From: Armatimonadota bacterium
GTDB taxonomy: Bacteria > Armatimonadota > UBA5829 > DTJY01
DNA: 49,055 bases
Reading direction: 5' to 3'
Assembly: GCA_033808695.1 (NCBI GenBank)
Contig: JAPXND010000002.1
Span: 1-49,055 of the forward strand
Shown piece after piece: positions 1 through 10,085 of this stretch. Numbering within the stretch: the first letter of the stretch is position 1; every line of letters begins with the position of its first letter. The position numbers and the translations under genes are program-made. The notes under the pieces were generated by a model. That model was given only the letters and a program-made list of their open reading frames with translations, was not told the DNA's origin and did not search any database.

Positions 1-581
1 AGAATATCATCAGATTTTAGAGTTACATTCATACCAATCACATGTCCGTCTGAATTAAACAACGGACTTCCGCTTTTTTCAACTGGTATTTTAATAGATG
101 ATTTCAGCAATATTGGTGCACGCGGCAGCATTTTTATAGATGTAATTGTACCATTTGCATCTGTTTCTTTAACAGAATCTTTGGTAACAAATACTTCATC
201 ATCTTTCTTTACAACATCAGAATCACCAAGCTGCAATACAGAAAGTCTTTTTCCTTGAATGCGTATAACTGCAAAATCTCTGGCGGCATCGGAATGTAGA
301 ATTCCATTTGATATAACAGTAACTCCATCTTTTCTTACTGCTTTTACCTTTACTGCATTGGATATTGTATGCCAGCATGTTACAATTGAACCTTTATCAT
401 CAATAACAAACCCATTCCCCTGGGATATTTTCTTGTCAGATGCATCATATCCAACAACAGTTACAATACTTGTTTGATATATTTCATCTTTATTTTGCTG
501 TTTTTGCTCAGGAGCGCTATAAAGCACATTTCCAAAAGAAAACAACACTCCAAGTAGTAAACACGCTACTCTACGGATCAT
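1..581 (-). CDS. Trypsin-like serine peptidase (S1C/HtrA-like), 5' part only; the 3' end runs off the left edge of the window
   Basis: Absent from the supplied ORF track because no stop lies in the window. Own translation of the minus strand from ATG at 581: MIRRVACLLLGVLFSFGNVLYSAPEQ (signal peptide) ... GSIVTCWHTISNA (His) ... ARDFAVIRIQG (Asp) ... EKSGSPLFNSDGHVIGMN (catalytic Ser in a GxSGSP context). GGAGG Shine-Dalgarno at 589-593, 7 nt from the ATG. Confidence 0.75.
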   Translation of the reverse strand, partial: MIRRVACLLLGVLFSFGNVLYSAPEQKQQNKDEIYQTSIVTVVGYDASDKKISQGNGFVIDDKGSIVTCWHTISNAVKVKAVRKDGVTVISNGILHSDAARDFAVIRIQGKRLSVLQLGDSDVVKKDDEVFVTKDSVKETDANGTITSIKMLPRAPILLKSSIKIPVEKSGSPLFNSDGHVIGMNVTLKSDDI

Positions 582-667
582 TATTTCACCTCCTGAGGTA
601 ATACTTATTAGTTATAGTGTTATATTCAGTTTTACACTTGATAAATCCTTCAATGATAAGCAAAGCA

Positions 668-2476
668 TTAATCGGGTATCAGAATAGAATCAAGCTTAAA
701 GTAACTAATTGCCCAAAACACTGTTGGCTCCACTGATATACTAAGAACATGTATGCCCTGCTTAAAGTTCAATTCTGTTTTCAATTGATCAAGTAGGTCT
801 ATATATGCAACATCAACATGGTCTGGACTGTCATCATATGCATTGATTTTTCCAATAAGCATATCATCCCAGTATATTGAGCAGGTTTCATTTTGAAGGC
901 TGCCTTTTATAAATCCTATACCAATTCTTTCTGGTGTATGATCTTTTCGAATTTCAACAGGAATATCTAATCTTTGAGGATAACCTGTATCAGATATGGT
1001 GCATACTACTCCGCAGGCTTTATCAGCTGATGGACTGCTTAATGCATCTAATCCGCCGATAGATGATTCATCCCCTGCCCAGTTGCCTGATACCATTGTT
1101 ATAAGCTCGCCATTATTAGTATCTATTGTAACTTCCGGTGCACGCTCATGTGCTACCATATCATTTAGTTTCAATTTAAGATGCTTCAAATATTCTTCAG
1201 GCGGTTCTGGCAGCGGAAAATTAGATTTGCTGCGCACTTTTATTCTATCTAACCGTATTTGCGCCAAATAAGCCGACTTAAGGTCGCCTGTATCAAACAA
1301 TGGCAGCCTATATTTATTAGGCAAACTTGCGTGCCATGTGCTATTATTCTCAACAAACTTCATAATCTGCACCAGGCTGTCTTTTGATTCATCCTCTGCA
1401 AGGTAACTGGCATATTCCTCTATTACATCAATCGGCTTAAGTTTAGGATTAGTGCAGAATCGTCCAAAAGCATATGTATTCAGTGCATTGGGTAAATATC
1501 CCGCATAGCTCCAGCTTCCTATAATCCCATCGGGATTGATTCTATCCATCTCACAAACAAGCTTGTGTATATATCGTGTTTCGATTTGAAGCATCCCTCT
1601 ATTTCTCCAAATCGTCCCTATATAACCATCATCAGCTTCATCCAGCAAAAAGTATGGCCATACCCAAACTCGTTCTGTTCCCCTATCCTTCAGTTTCTTT
1701 ATATCAGACAATTTCGGATACGGTTTTGGAATTATAGATTCCTCATCATAAGTTTTAAGTGTAAGAGATCTATAGTAATTATGCGGCGGAATTTCTATGC
1801 CTGTATCGGGACCTATAAAATTGTTCTCTTCTGTAATTATTTTAAAAAGTTCTGTTTCTTTTAGCCAGAAATCCTTACCAAATGCACCAAGATTGGGATA
1901 TTGCCATTGGGTAATAGACCATGGATTTACATTAAAATCAGCATGTGGAGCCTCTTTCTTTACAATTGTTCTCACTCTTTCTACCATTGAAATCCACATA
2001 TAAACGTTGGATTCTCCTAGCTCGGCTGGCACTCCGCCAGGGTCACCGGCAAAAAAAGTAAATCCATCTGCAGCTTTTAATTTTTCAACTGTATTTCCTA
2101 TATATTTAAGCCTACTATCCATCTCTTTTTTGTCATTGGGATGATATCTTAAACCCAATCCATCGCTGTGTTCTTCTGGACCTGGCCATTGCTTTATATT
2201 TGAAAATAGTATTACATACACTTTAAATCCTGCTTTTTTGGCAGAATCAATATCCTTAACAAACCCTTTATAGTAATCATCCAGCAGATCATCTCGCAGA
2301 TGCCAGCCTATATCACAAAACTGCAGAGTATTTATGCCGGATGCTTTCCAGAACGCATGCTGGTCTGGTGTATCACGCCAAACATAAAGACCCACAGTTT
2401 CAAAAGGTTTAACTGCCGTAAAGCCGGAATTAACTCCGAATGTCAATAGCATAATACCCAATAATGATAATTTCAT
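668..2476 (-). CDS. Exported hypothetical protein, possibly a TIM-barrel glycoside-hydrolase-like enzyme with a C-terminal beta-sandwich
   Basis: 602-aa ORF. Signal peptide MKLSLLGIMLLTFGVNSGFTA. AAGGAAG SD 4 nt upstream of the ATG. Alternating strand/helix segments (GFKVYVILF, FTFFAGDPGG, VWVWPYFL) suggest a (beta/alpha)8 fold, but I cannot name a family signature. Confidence 0.55.
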   Translation of the reverse strand: MKLSLLGIMLLTFGVNSGFTAVKPFETVGLYVWRDTPDQHAFWKASGINTLQFCDIGWHLRDDLLDDYYKGFVKDIDSAKKAGFKVYVILFSNIKQWPGPEEHSDGLGLRYHPNDKKEMDSRLKYIGNTVEKLKAADGFTFFAGDPGGVPAELGESNVYMWISMVERVRTIVKKEAPHADFNVNPWSITQWQYPNLGAFGKDFWLKETELFKIITEENNFIGPDTGIEIPPHNYYRSLTLKTYDEESIIPKPYPKLSDIKKLKDRGTERVWVWPYFLLDEADDGYIGTIWRNRGMLQIETRYIHKLVCEMDRINPDGIIGSWSYAGYLPNALNTYAFGRFCTNPKLKPIDVIEEYASYLAEDESKDSLVQIMKFVENNSTWHASLPNKYRLPLFDTGDLKSAYLAQIRLDRIKVRSKSNFPLPEPPEEYLKHLKLKLNDMVAHERAPEVTIDTNNGELITMVSGNWAGDESSIGGLDALSSPSADKACGVVCTISDTGYPQRLDIPVEIRKDHTPERIGIGFIKGSLQNETCSIYWDDMLIGKINAYDDSPDHVDVAYIDLLDQLKTELNFKQGIHVLSISVEPTVFWAISYFKLDSILIPD

Positions 2477-2546
2477 TTTACTTCCTTTATAATATTATAC
2501 CATACAACAACATGATTATTTTTGATATAGTAAATTCGATATTAAA

Positions 2547-4532
2547 TTACATAGTTGGAACCAGCTTTTTCAGTCGACTTATTTCATCACGCAGTTCAGC
2601 AGCATATTCAAAATTAAGGTCTTTTGCAGCACGTTTCATGTCACGTTCTAAGTCAGCTATTACTGTCATTATCTGATCGATGGGTGTGTTTTCCGATACA
2701 TTGCTTCCTACATTGTAATAAGCCTTAGTTTCCGATACCTTGCGAGACTCTATTACATCACGAACAGCCTTTTGTATACCCGCAGGAGTGATGCCATGCT
2801 CTTCATTGTATTTAGTTTGAATCATTCTTCGCCTGTTAGTTTCATTGATTGCTCTATGCATTGATCCCGTTATATCAGCTGCATACATAATAACTTTTCC
2901 ATTTATGTTCCTTGCAGCTCTGCCGATAGTTTGAATTAATGATGTTTCCGACCTTAAGAAGCCTTCCTTATCTGCATCAATAATGGCTACCATAGATACC
3001 TCCGGGAGATCAAGACCCTCTCTCAGCAGGTTGATTCCAACTATTACATCATACACTCCAAGCCGCAAATCACGCAATATTTCAGTTCTATCCAGCGTGT
3101 TTACATCAGAGTGTATATATTGAACCTTTATCCCTAAATCAAGCAGATATTCTGTAAGATCCTCTGCCATCCGTTTTGTTAGAGTGGTTACAAGTATTCG
3201 TTCGTTATTGGCTGTCCGCTGGCGAATTTCATCAATAAGGTCATCTATTTGACCTTCGGGAGATCTTATCTCCACCTCAGGATCTACCAATCCTGTAGGT
3301 CGAATTATCTGCTCAACTATTTGCTCACTGTGCTGCAGCTCATATGGTCCAGGAGTGGCAGATATAAATATAGTCTGATTCAACAGCTCCGTGAATTCTT
3401 GAAAACGCAAAGGTCTGTTGTCTAAAGCAGAAGGCAGTCGAAATCCAACCTCTACAAGATTCTCCTTTCTTGAACGGTCTCCTGCATACATAGCATGCAG
3501 CTGGGGAATTGTTTGGTGCGATTCATCTATCACCACTAAAAAATCATCTGGAAAATAATCCAAAAGGCAATAAGGACGTTCACCGGGAGCACGTCCATCC
3601 AATATTCGAGAGTAGTTTTCAATTCCGGAGCAATAACCGATGGCTAACATCATCTCAATATCAAATCTTGTTCGCTGCTCAATTCTTTGTGCTTCAATCA
3701 GCTTATTGTTTCTTTTAAAATAGTCTATTCTATCCTTAAGTTCAGATTCAATTTCGGCGATTGCTCTTTCCAGTGTTGATGATGAAGTTACGAAATGAGT
3801 AGCTGGAAAAACCATTATCTGATCTTCCTGCGATATCAATCTGCCGGTAAGCGGTTCAAAAGTGGTTATACGGTCAACTGTATCACCAAAGAATTCTATC
3901 CTGATTATTATGTCCTCATCAGCCGGCTGTATTTCAAGTATATCTCCTTTTACCTTGAATGTTGCACGCTGAAGCGCCAAATCGTTTCGCTCAAAATGAA
4001 GTCCAACAAGTATATGAAGGATTTCATCGCGGTTATATTCATAACCTGTTTTAAGATACAAAACTTCCTTTGCGTATTGTTCAGGTGACCCAAGTCCATA
4101 AATGCAGGATACACTTGCTACAACTATTGTATCTCTTCTCTGCAATACCGATTGAGTTGATGAATGCCTTAATCGGTCTATTTCATCATTTATTGATGAG
4201 TCTTTTTCAATATATGTGTCCGTTTGAGGAATATAGGCTTCCGGCTGATAATAATCATAATAACTTATAAAATACTCAACTGCATTTTCCGGAAAGAATT
4301 CCCTAAATTCTGAGCATAGCTGGGCTGCTAAGGTTTTATTATGCGCTATAACCAGTGTGGGTTTTTGAATATGCTCTATGACATTTGCAACCGTGAATGT
4401 TTTTCCAGAACCAGTTACACCCTTTAATGTTTGATATCTGTTTCCGTTATTAATTCCATCAACCAGGCTATGTATTGCTTCCGGTTGATCGCCGGTTGGC
4501 TGATAATTGGAAACTATTTTGAATTCACTCAT
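2547..4532 (-). CDS. uvrB: Excinuclease ABC subunit B
   Basis: 661 aa. Walker [19 protein letters not shown] beta-hairpin region, helicase motifs ([12 protein letters not shown]), C-terminal UVR domain [20 protein letters not shown]. Confidence 0.97.
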   Translation of the reverse strand: MSEFKIVSNYQPTGDQPEAIHSLVDGINNGNRYQTLKGVTGSGKTFTVANVIEHIQKPTLVIAHNKTLAAQLCSEFREFFPENAVEYFISYYDYYQPEAYIPQTDTYIEKDSSINDEIDRLRHSSTQSVLQRRDTIVVASVSCIYGLGSPEQYAKEVLYLKTGYEYNRDEILHILVGLHFERNDLALQRATFKVKGDILEIQPADEDIIIRIEFFGDTVDRITTFEPLTGRLISQEDQIMVFPATHFVTSSSTLERAIAEIESELKDRIDYFKRNNKLIEAQRIEQRTRFDIEMMLAIGYCSGIENYSRILDGRAPGERPYCLLDYFPDDFLVVIDESHQTIPQLHAMYAGDRSRKENLVEVGFRLPSALDNRPLRFQEFTELLNQTIFISATPGPYELQHSEQIVEQIIRPTGLVDPEVEIRSPEGQIDDLIDEIRQRTANNERILVTTLTKRMAEDLTEYLLDLGIKVQYIHSDVNTLDRTEILRDLRLGVYDVIVGINLLREGLDLPEVSMVAIIDADKEGFLRSETSLIQTIGRAARNINGKVIMYAADITGSMHRAINETNRRRMIQTKYNEEHGITPAGIQKAVRDVIESRKVSETKAYYNVGSNVSENTPIDQIMTVIADLERDMKRAAKDLNFEYAAELRDEISRLKKLVPTM

Positions 4533-4558
4533 TGACTATACCTATTATATAACAAATC

Positions 4559-4572
4559 GCACATTTGTTCGC
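4559..4572 (-). promoter_or_regulatory. Candidate LexA (Cheo-type) SOS box upstream of uvrB
   Basis: The minus strand reads CGAACAAATGTGCG, 27-40 nt upstream of the uvrB ATG. It matches the Gram-positive consensus CGAAC-N4-GTTCG with one arm mismatch (GTGC instead of GTTC). A TATAAT hexamer lies just downstream on the same strand. uvrB is a canonical SOS gene. Confidence 0.45.
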
Positions 4573-4589
4573 AGAAGAAACTAGTGCAA

Positions 4590-6659
4590 TTAAAATGCAC
4601 CTGATCCTAATTCAAAAAGAATTCTGCCATCTGATTTTGACCATACAGCAGCAATTTCCTGGTCGCCAAATTTTTTGCCAAGAACCAATTCAACATCATC
4701 GTAACTGTTAGTATGCTCTACAAAATTTCCGTTTGCATAAACCCTGTGTTTATATAAGTTGGAAGTTGCCCTTACTCCCAATCTCCATTGACTGTTAATC
4801 CTATAGTTTAATGTGCCAAAAAGACTCATATTTGGATAATCCAGCCCCTTTATGCCGTATATAGACATAATCCACTTATCAGGCTTTCCAAACCTCCAAT
4901 TGGCAGAAATCGATTGTCTTGCAGGCTTTGTATCTACCATCTTGCCATCTTTGAATGATCGGGTATAAGATGGACGTTGAATATACCTGTAGCTAAGCTG
5001 CATCTTGTTGTTTTTTGATAATTTCCAATCAAGCACAGATGAACCTATTGTTGTTAAGCCTGTTGTTTCTAATTGATTATTTGTTGAATCCTGCCATTGA
5101 TATCCTAATCCAAGCGATGATCTGAGTTTAATATTTTTTGATAATGAGATTGGAGTTGTTGCAAGATTAGTACTTATTCGCTGGGTAGATGTATCAACAG
5201 TATATTTTTGCTGGTTATCATACCCCCACTCTCTTCTGGATTTGCTTACAGAACCTGATACATTAAAGCTTATATTCGTTTTTCTTATTTTGGCGGATTT
5301 TGTTTGCAATGAAAATGTAGATGATGTTGATGTGTTATCATACCTATCACGGTTCCCATCTAGATCAATATTCATGCTAAAACCGGAAAACGATTTGCTT
5401 AGATTCAGTGTTCCATAAAGATCCTTGTGTGCAGGGTAGTCAAAATAAAAATTAGCATTTGTTTTGGAACCAAGCTCTTGATTGTGCGAGTATCTAACTC
5501 CCCAATCACTTGATACTACATCATTAAAAACAAGCGAACCCTGTGAATTTTTTGAAATATAATCTTGTTTTATATCTACAAACCATCCTGGCACTTGTCC
5601 ATACTCACTCCAGCTGGAACGCTCGCCATATTTTAGCATTATAGAACCATTGGATGATGGTGTAAGTGAATAGTGATAAGGCAAACTCAATGTAAGTCCC
5701 GATGAGCCATATCCTAAATATTGAGAACCGTCGGCCTGAGTTCCAGTAAGAGACAATAAATAATTAGGAAGACTAAACATTTTTTTTCTACCTGGTGCAA
5801 TTCCAGCATTCTTAAAATATATCTTATTGCCAGGATATACAATCGCTTGTTTAGACTGAACATGCAAAACACTCTGATCTGTGTCGAACATATCGAACAT
5901 TTCGGGTAAAAATATATTATCGGGCTTGCTGATATCAATTTTTTTATCAACAAATCTTACCGTTTCAAGTCCGCCGCGTTCAGCAGATATCATGTATGCC
6001 ATATAACCAAATGTATCTATAGAAAACAATTCGCAGGTAATACTATCATCACAATATGTTAATTGAACCGGTTTATCTCTTCCTAATCCTTTGGCAATAA
6101 TCTTGTTTTCCAAAAGGTCTACCTGAATAGTATGTGCTTTAACAGTAATATCGTTCATTTTTAGAACAGCGCCGCCAGTTGCAAACATAACTCTCATATC
6201 AATTGCATAAACCATATAATGATCAGCCTTGATTGTAAAATAGTCTTTCCTTGCAGATGCGTCATAATCTTCAGAGAAAATCATTTCCATCTGCGATACA
6301 GCACTAGCTTCTATCCATGTGGCAGTTATTATTGCCTTGCCAGCTATTTGAGAGCTTGTGATTTTAACACGAGCTACACCAGAAGATGTATAGGCGCTTT
6401 CTTCAATTATTCCAAGAGAAGCGCTGAATCTTATCTCTGTATCATCTGGCACTAAATTACCGCTGCTGTCCCTTACAACTGCGCTGATTGTTGCTACACT
6501 CTTGCCATCAGATTGAATTACTTGTCTGCTGGCAGAAAGCTGTATGCTTCCTGTTTGTGAATAAGCAGAAGCTGCAAATAATAAAACAAAAATAAAATGA
6601 AGATAGATTCTTTTTGTAGTCTTATAAAAATTCAATGTTGTATGTAATCCTATACTCAA
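4590..6659 (-). CDS. Outer-membrane beta-barrel protein with N-terminal Big_1 (invasin/intimin-type Ig) domain and OstA/LptD-like region
   Basis: 689 aa. Signal peptide ...LLFAASAYSQ. Big_1-like segment SASRQVIQSDGKSVATISAVVRDSSGNLVPDDTEIRFSAS...ARVKITSSQIAGKAIITATW. OstA-like segment GGAVLKMNDITVKAHTIQVDLLENKIIAKG. C-terminal roughly 330 aa with alternating hydrophobic pattern, rich in Y/G/S/N, ending ELGSGAF (terminal Phe typical of BAM substrates). TTG start at 6659 has no obvious SD; the true start is uncertain. Confidence 0.6.
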   Translation of the reverse strand: MSIGLHTTLNFYKTTKRIYLHFIFVLLFAASAYSQTGSIQLSASRQVIQSDGKSVATISAVVRDSSGNLVPDDTEIRFSASLGIIEESAYTSSGVARVKITSSQIAGKAIITATWIEASAVSQMEMIFSEDYDASARKDYFTIKADHYMVYAIDMRVMFATGGAVLKMNDITVKAHTIQVDLLENKIIAKGLGRDKPVQLTYCDDSITCELFSIDTFGYMAYMISAERGGLETVRFVDKKIDISKPDNIFLPEMFDMFDTDQSVLHVQSKQAIVYPGNKIYFKNAGIAPGRKKMFSLPNYLLSLTGTQADGSQYLGYGSSGLTLSLPYHYSLTPSSNGSIMLKYGERSSWSEYGQVPGWFVDIKQDYISKNSQGSLVFNDVVSSDWGVRYSHNQELGSKTNANFYFDYPAHKDLYGTLNLSKSFSGFSMNIDLDGNRDRYDNTSTSSTFSLQTKSAKIRKTNISFNVSGSVSKSRREWGYDNQQKYTVDTSTQRISTNLATTPISLSKNIKLRSSLGLGYQWQDSTNNQLETTGLTTIGSSVLDWKLSKNNKMQLSYRYIQRPSYTRSFKDGKMVDTKPARQSISANWRFGKPDKWIMSIYGIKGLDYPNMSLFGTLNYRINSQWRLGVRATSNLYKHRVYANGNFVEHTNSYDDVELVLGKKFGDQEIAAVWSKSDGRILFELGSGAF

Positions 6660-6722
6660 ATATTCATTTTTATATTATACAATAAATTAGAACATTGGAC
6701 TACAATATAGTGGGTTTTTGTA

Positions 6723-7841
6723 TTAATTTTTTTCAGAGGGGTTTTTTAACTGTTCAATAATTTTTGTAGAGGCGTCTATTGCTGCTTTTTCTATTATGGC
6801 TTTCTCAGATTCATCAGATGTTCCTGTATATGTACCTCTAACAGTTATCATTGATTCTATACTGCCAGCTGCTATATCTATTATCTGTATTGTAGCAATT
6901 ATTTCAGCTTTGTTCTCATCCATTTTTATGGAATCTATTGACCCTATTATTGCACTGCTTGCACTGAGAATTTTAGCGAGATTTATTGCCTTTGAAGATC
7001 CTGCTTTTGTCAATTCTGTAAAATTAGATATATCATTTGATGATATTTTCTTTTCTCTTATTGCTCTTGCAACGGATGGAGTGTTATTTGAATAGTTTAT
7101 AATATTAAATATACTATTACTTTTAAGATCATTGGTTATATATGTTTGAAGCATTTTTGCAGCTTGTTTAAACCTTAAATTAACATCAGCATCATCGCTT
7201 ATGCTGTATGAGAAGTTCATTATAATGGCTGAACTGCCTTTTTTAATCGGCTTATTCTCTAATGGAATTGCTTGACTTGGTTTTTTGTTTGTAATCTGTT
7301 CTATTACTTTGTCTGCTGCAATGAGTGAAGCATGTCTCATAGAACCAGTTTCTAAAGGAGAATTCCCAAATGCTACTATTGTTTGCAATACAGATTTCTT
7401 TTTAACATCCAATAGCATTACTGTTACAGCTACTTCATATTCCTGATTATCATTTACAATACATTTATCGATTGAACCGACGAGGGCTGTTGATGCACCA
7501 GTAGCCGATGCAATTTCATAGGCGCTATCTAATGCTTTTGGAGTCAGTGAAAAAGGACCAGTTAAGGATATCTTTTTCTGCGGGTTAGTTATTACTAATC
7601 TTTGAACAGAAAGAATTCTTGGCGTATACACAATTACCGTATAATCGCTATCACTTGCAACTATTTCATTGATTCTTGCTGAAATATCTTTAGAAACCTG
7701 AGAATTCTCTGCGCCGGCAGAATTGTCTATAGGAAAAGACATCAGTGTTTTCTTTTCTTTTGCAAATGCATTCACACTAACCAGTATGATTAATGTCATG
7801 CATATAATTATCAGACACAGAGAATTCTTCAGGTTTTTCAT
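6723..7841 (-). CDS. Exported protein with two tandem LpoB/CsgG/FlgO-like alpha/beta scaffold modules (hypothetical)
   Basis: 372 aa. Signal peptide ...LVSVNAFA/KEK. Two internal repeats, each ending in a G/S-A-S-x-A-[IL]-[IV]-G-S-I-D motif (ATGASTALVGSIDKC; LSASSAIIGSIDSI) followed by a V/I-rich strand and xLLDV/IIDI. Assignment is by pattern resemblance only. Confidence 0.5.
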   Translation of the reverse strand: MKNLKNSLCLIIICMTLIILVSVNAFAKEKKTLMSFPIDNSAGAENSQVSKDISARINEIVASDSDYTVIVYTPRILSVQRLVITNPQKKISLTGPFSLTPKALDSAYEIASATGASTALVGSIDKCIVNDNQEYEVAVTVMLLDVKKKSVLQTIVAFGNSPLETGSMRHASLIAADKVIEQITNKKPSQAIPLENKPIKKGSSAIIMNFSYSISDDADVNLRFKQAAKMLQTYITNDLKSNSIFNIINYSNNTPSVARAIREKKISSNDISNFTELTKAGSSKAINLAKILSASSAIIGSIDSIKMDENKAEIIATIQIIDIAAGSIESMITVRGTYTGTSDESEKAIIEKAAIDASTKIIEQLKNPSEKN

Positions 7842-7853
7842 GTTAATTTACCA

Positions 7854-10058
7854 CTATTTACTGATTATATTCAGTTTTAAAGTTTCTTTTGATACATCAG
7901 GCATATTATTATCCTGACTTTGATTGGTTTTATCAATTATATTAATTGTATTGACTTTATTATTTGTATTATCTATATTCTTGGGTGAGTCTGCCTTTTG
8001 ATTTACATAAATTGAATTAATTCCAGTAATAACAGGACCTTCATTAGTATTTGCTTCAGGCTTATCAGAAACAGCCGTAAATGAAGCGCCAATTTGTGCA
8101 TCAAGTGACATATTTATTGTAACATTTGGCGCTAATGCTTTAAACCAATAACCCTGCCATGGCATAAGCATTGTGTCTCTGCCACTATAGTTTATATATC
8201 TTTTCCCATATGTATCATATGTATACATTGTTCTTGATATAAGTCTTTGTCTAACAGCTTCATCAAAATCAATTATACCATAATCAGGATGATATATTTT
8301 GCATTCTCCAATTGTAATCGCATATACATATGGATTGCCGATTATATTCCAACCTTTAACTAAATCATACTGGAATCCGGATGTTATAGGTGTATATTTA
8401 ATTTTAGGATTCTTTTGCGTTGCCATTGGTGATTTAAGCCAAAGCCAATAACCTTCACCAGGAATCAATAGTGGTGGTCTTACATACATCTTTCTTTTTG
8501 TATCCCATTTCCATAACTTATAATCCACACCATATACACCTGAAAGCCCAAGAATTTCATGTCCTGCAACATAGCCTGAGGTTCTATATGGAACAGAAAT
8601 CATCTGCCAGTTTTCCTTCATATCTTGAGTTGGAGTCGCAGGAACGTTTACAGTTCTTGTTAATACTGTTCCTCCAACTGGGCTGGCATTAAATGATACA
8701 GCATAATCTAAAAATCCTGTTGGATTTCCTGTTGGTCTCACCAACCATGAAACCATTGTTGAATATTCGGGTTCAATATCTCCCATTGATTTAGTAAATT
8801 GACCATCTTCAGAATCATCGAGCTCTAATCCTTCAGGAAGAATCAATGTTGCAGTTGCATCTTTTAGAGTTATCATTTCATGATTTTCCAAAAATGCACT
8901 TATTTCAAACGGAGCCTTGGGATCATCTGCTACGGATGGATAAGATAATGCCCTTGGACCTTCTAATGATGGAACATATTGCGGTTTATTAGCATTTGGA
9001 AGATCAAATCTTGATGTTACTTCTGACATTCCAATATATGAAATATATTCAATATATTGACCTGGTCTTATTGCTCGAGGTTTCCATAATGCAGCCATAG
9101 CCATATCACCTATTGGCAATGTTGGTATCGGCTGATATAGAAACATTGGTTTATCTGGTGTTCCATCCCAACTATAAACAGCATTGGATGCAGTTGATTC
9201 CCAATCATCTATAGCTAGAAGATCAGGTTTTGTAGCGCCATTGCCTTCAAAAATAAATCTCGATGAATTCAATGGCGATCTAATATCATCAATTGCATCT
9301 AAATATTCCGGTATTTGACTTCCTTGTAAAACAGTTCCGCCTTCTATAAACCTATACCCGGGAAGACTAATAACTGGTCTATCTTCACCCCAAATACTTC
9401 CTGCATTCAAATCGACAGCCAATTTCAATGCGGCATATCGGGTAACTACATCGTTGTTAGTTATACGCCATTTAAACTGCATGGTACCATGCATAAGCCT
9501 TGTTTCCAATCGAATGCCAAATTCGGGCGCACTCGATATTGATAGATTTGCACGCCATAAGGCACCTGTCGAACCAATTGGTATATAAGGATCTACTGTC
9601 CACCATGCATCTGGTTCTGCACCTAATATAGCAACCTGACCGCCATTGGAATGAGATGCCCATCCTCCATCTCCATCATCAACCTGCAACCCCCAATATG
9701 CAAATCTATCTCCCATTCTAAACCATGAGTAAATATTATCAGCTATAAGTGGTCCAAATATAGTATGACGAAATACTAAAGGATTTACACTATATTTGTT
9801 TATTTTATGGATTTCAAATCTTCCAGAGATAGGAACCTTATTGCCATCAAAGGTATGACCTAATTCAGTTACTCCTTCCGGTAGTTCCGGTTCCCATGCA
9901 CCATCAATACCTAGACCAAAAGCTATTTTACTGTTATAAATTCCCCTATATGCTATATGATCTTTATCTTCTGCTGTATATGCAATAGATCCTATAAATA
10001 AGAACAACATAGACATTAAGGATAGAATTTTAAATTTCACTTTAAAAATACCTAACAT
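7854..10058 (-). CDS. Exported hypothetical protein (734 aa) sharing a C-terminal module with the adjacent subtilase
   Basis: Strong SD GGGAGGAAA upstream of the ATG. Signal peptide ...FLFIGSIAYTA. No catalytic motif recognised in the first roughly 400 aa. CARDB/NEW3-like segment LILPEGLELDD...VSWLVRPTG...TRTVNVPATP. Shared module ENWQMISVP...GEGYWLWL...KGWNIIGNPYVYAI...PWQGYWFKA. N/Q/K-rich low-complexity tail. Confidence 0.6.
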   Translation of the reverse strand: MLGIFKVKFKILSLMSMLFLFIGSIAYTAEDKDHIAYRGIYNSKIAFGLGIDGAWEPELPEGVTELGHTFDGNKVPISGRFEIHKINKYSVNPLVFRHTIFGPLIADNIYSWFRMGDRFAYWGLQVDDGDGGWASHSNGGQVAILGAEPDAWWTVDPYIPIGSTGALWRANLSISSAPEFGIRLETRLMHGTMQFKWRITNNDVVTRYAALKLAVDLNAGSIWGEDRPVISLPGYRFIEGGTVLQGSQIPEYLDAIDDIRSPLNSSRFIFEGNGATKPDLLAIDDWESTASNAVYSWDGTPDKPMFLYQPIPTLPIGDMAMAALWKPRAIRPGQYIEYISYIGMSEVTSRFDLPNANKPQYVPSLEGPRALSYPSVADDPKAPFEISAFLENHEMITLKDATATLILPEGLELDDSEDGQFTKSMGDIEPEYSTMVSWLVRPTGNPTGFLDYAVSFNASPVGGTVLTRTVNVPATPTQDMKENWQMISVPYRTSGYVAGHEILGLSGVYGVDYKLWKWDTKRKMYVRPPLLIPGEGYWLWLKSPMATQKNPKIKYTPITSGFQYDLVKGWNIIGNPYVYAITIGECKIYHPDYGIIDFDEAVRQRLISRTMYTYDTYGKRYINYSGRDTMLMPWQGYWFKALAPNVTINMSLDAQIGASFTAVSDKPEANTNEGPVITGINSIYVNQKADSPKNIDNTNNKVNTINIIDKTNQSQDNNMPDVSKETLKLNIISK

Positions 10059-10085
10059 TATTTCCTCCCTATCAAATACAACTAT

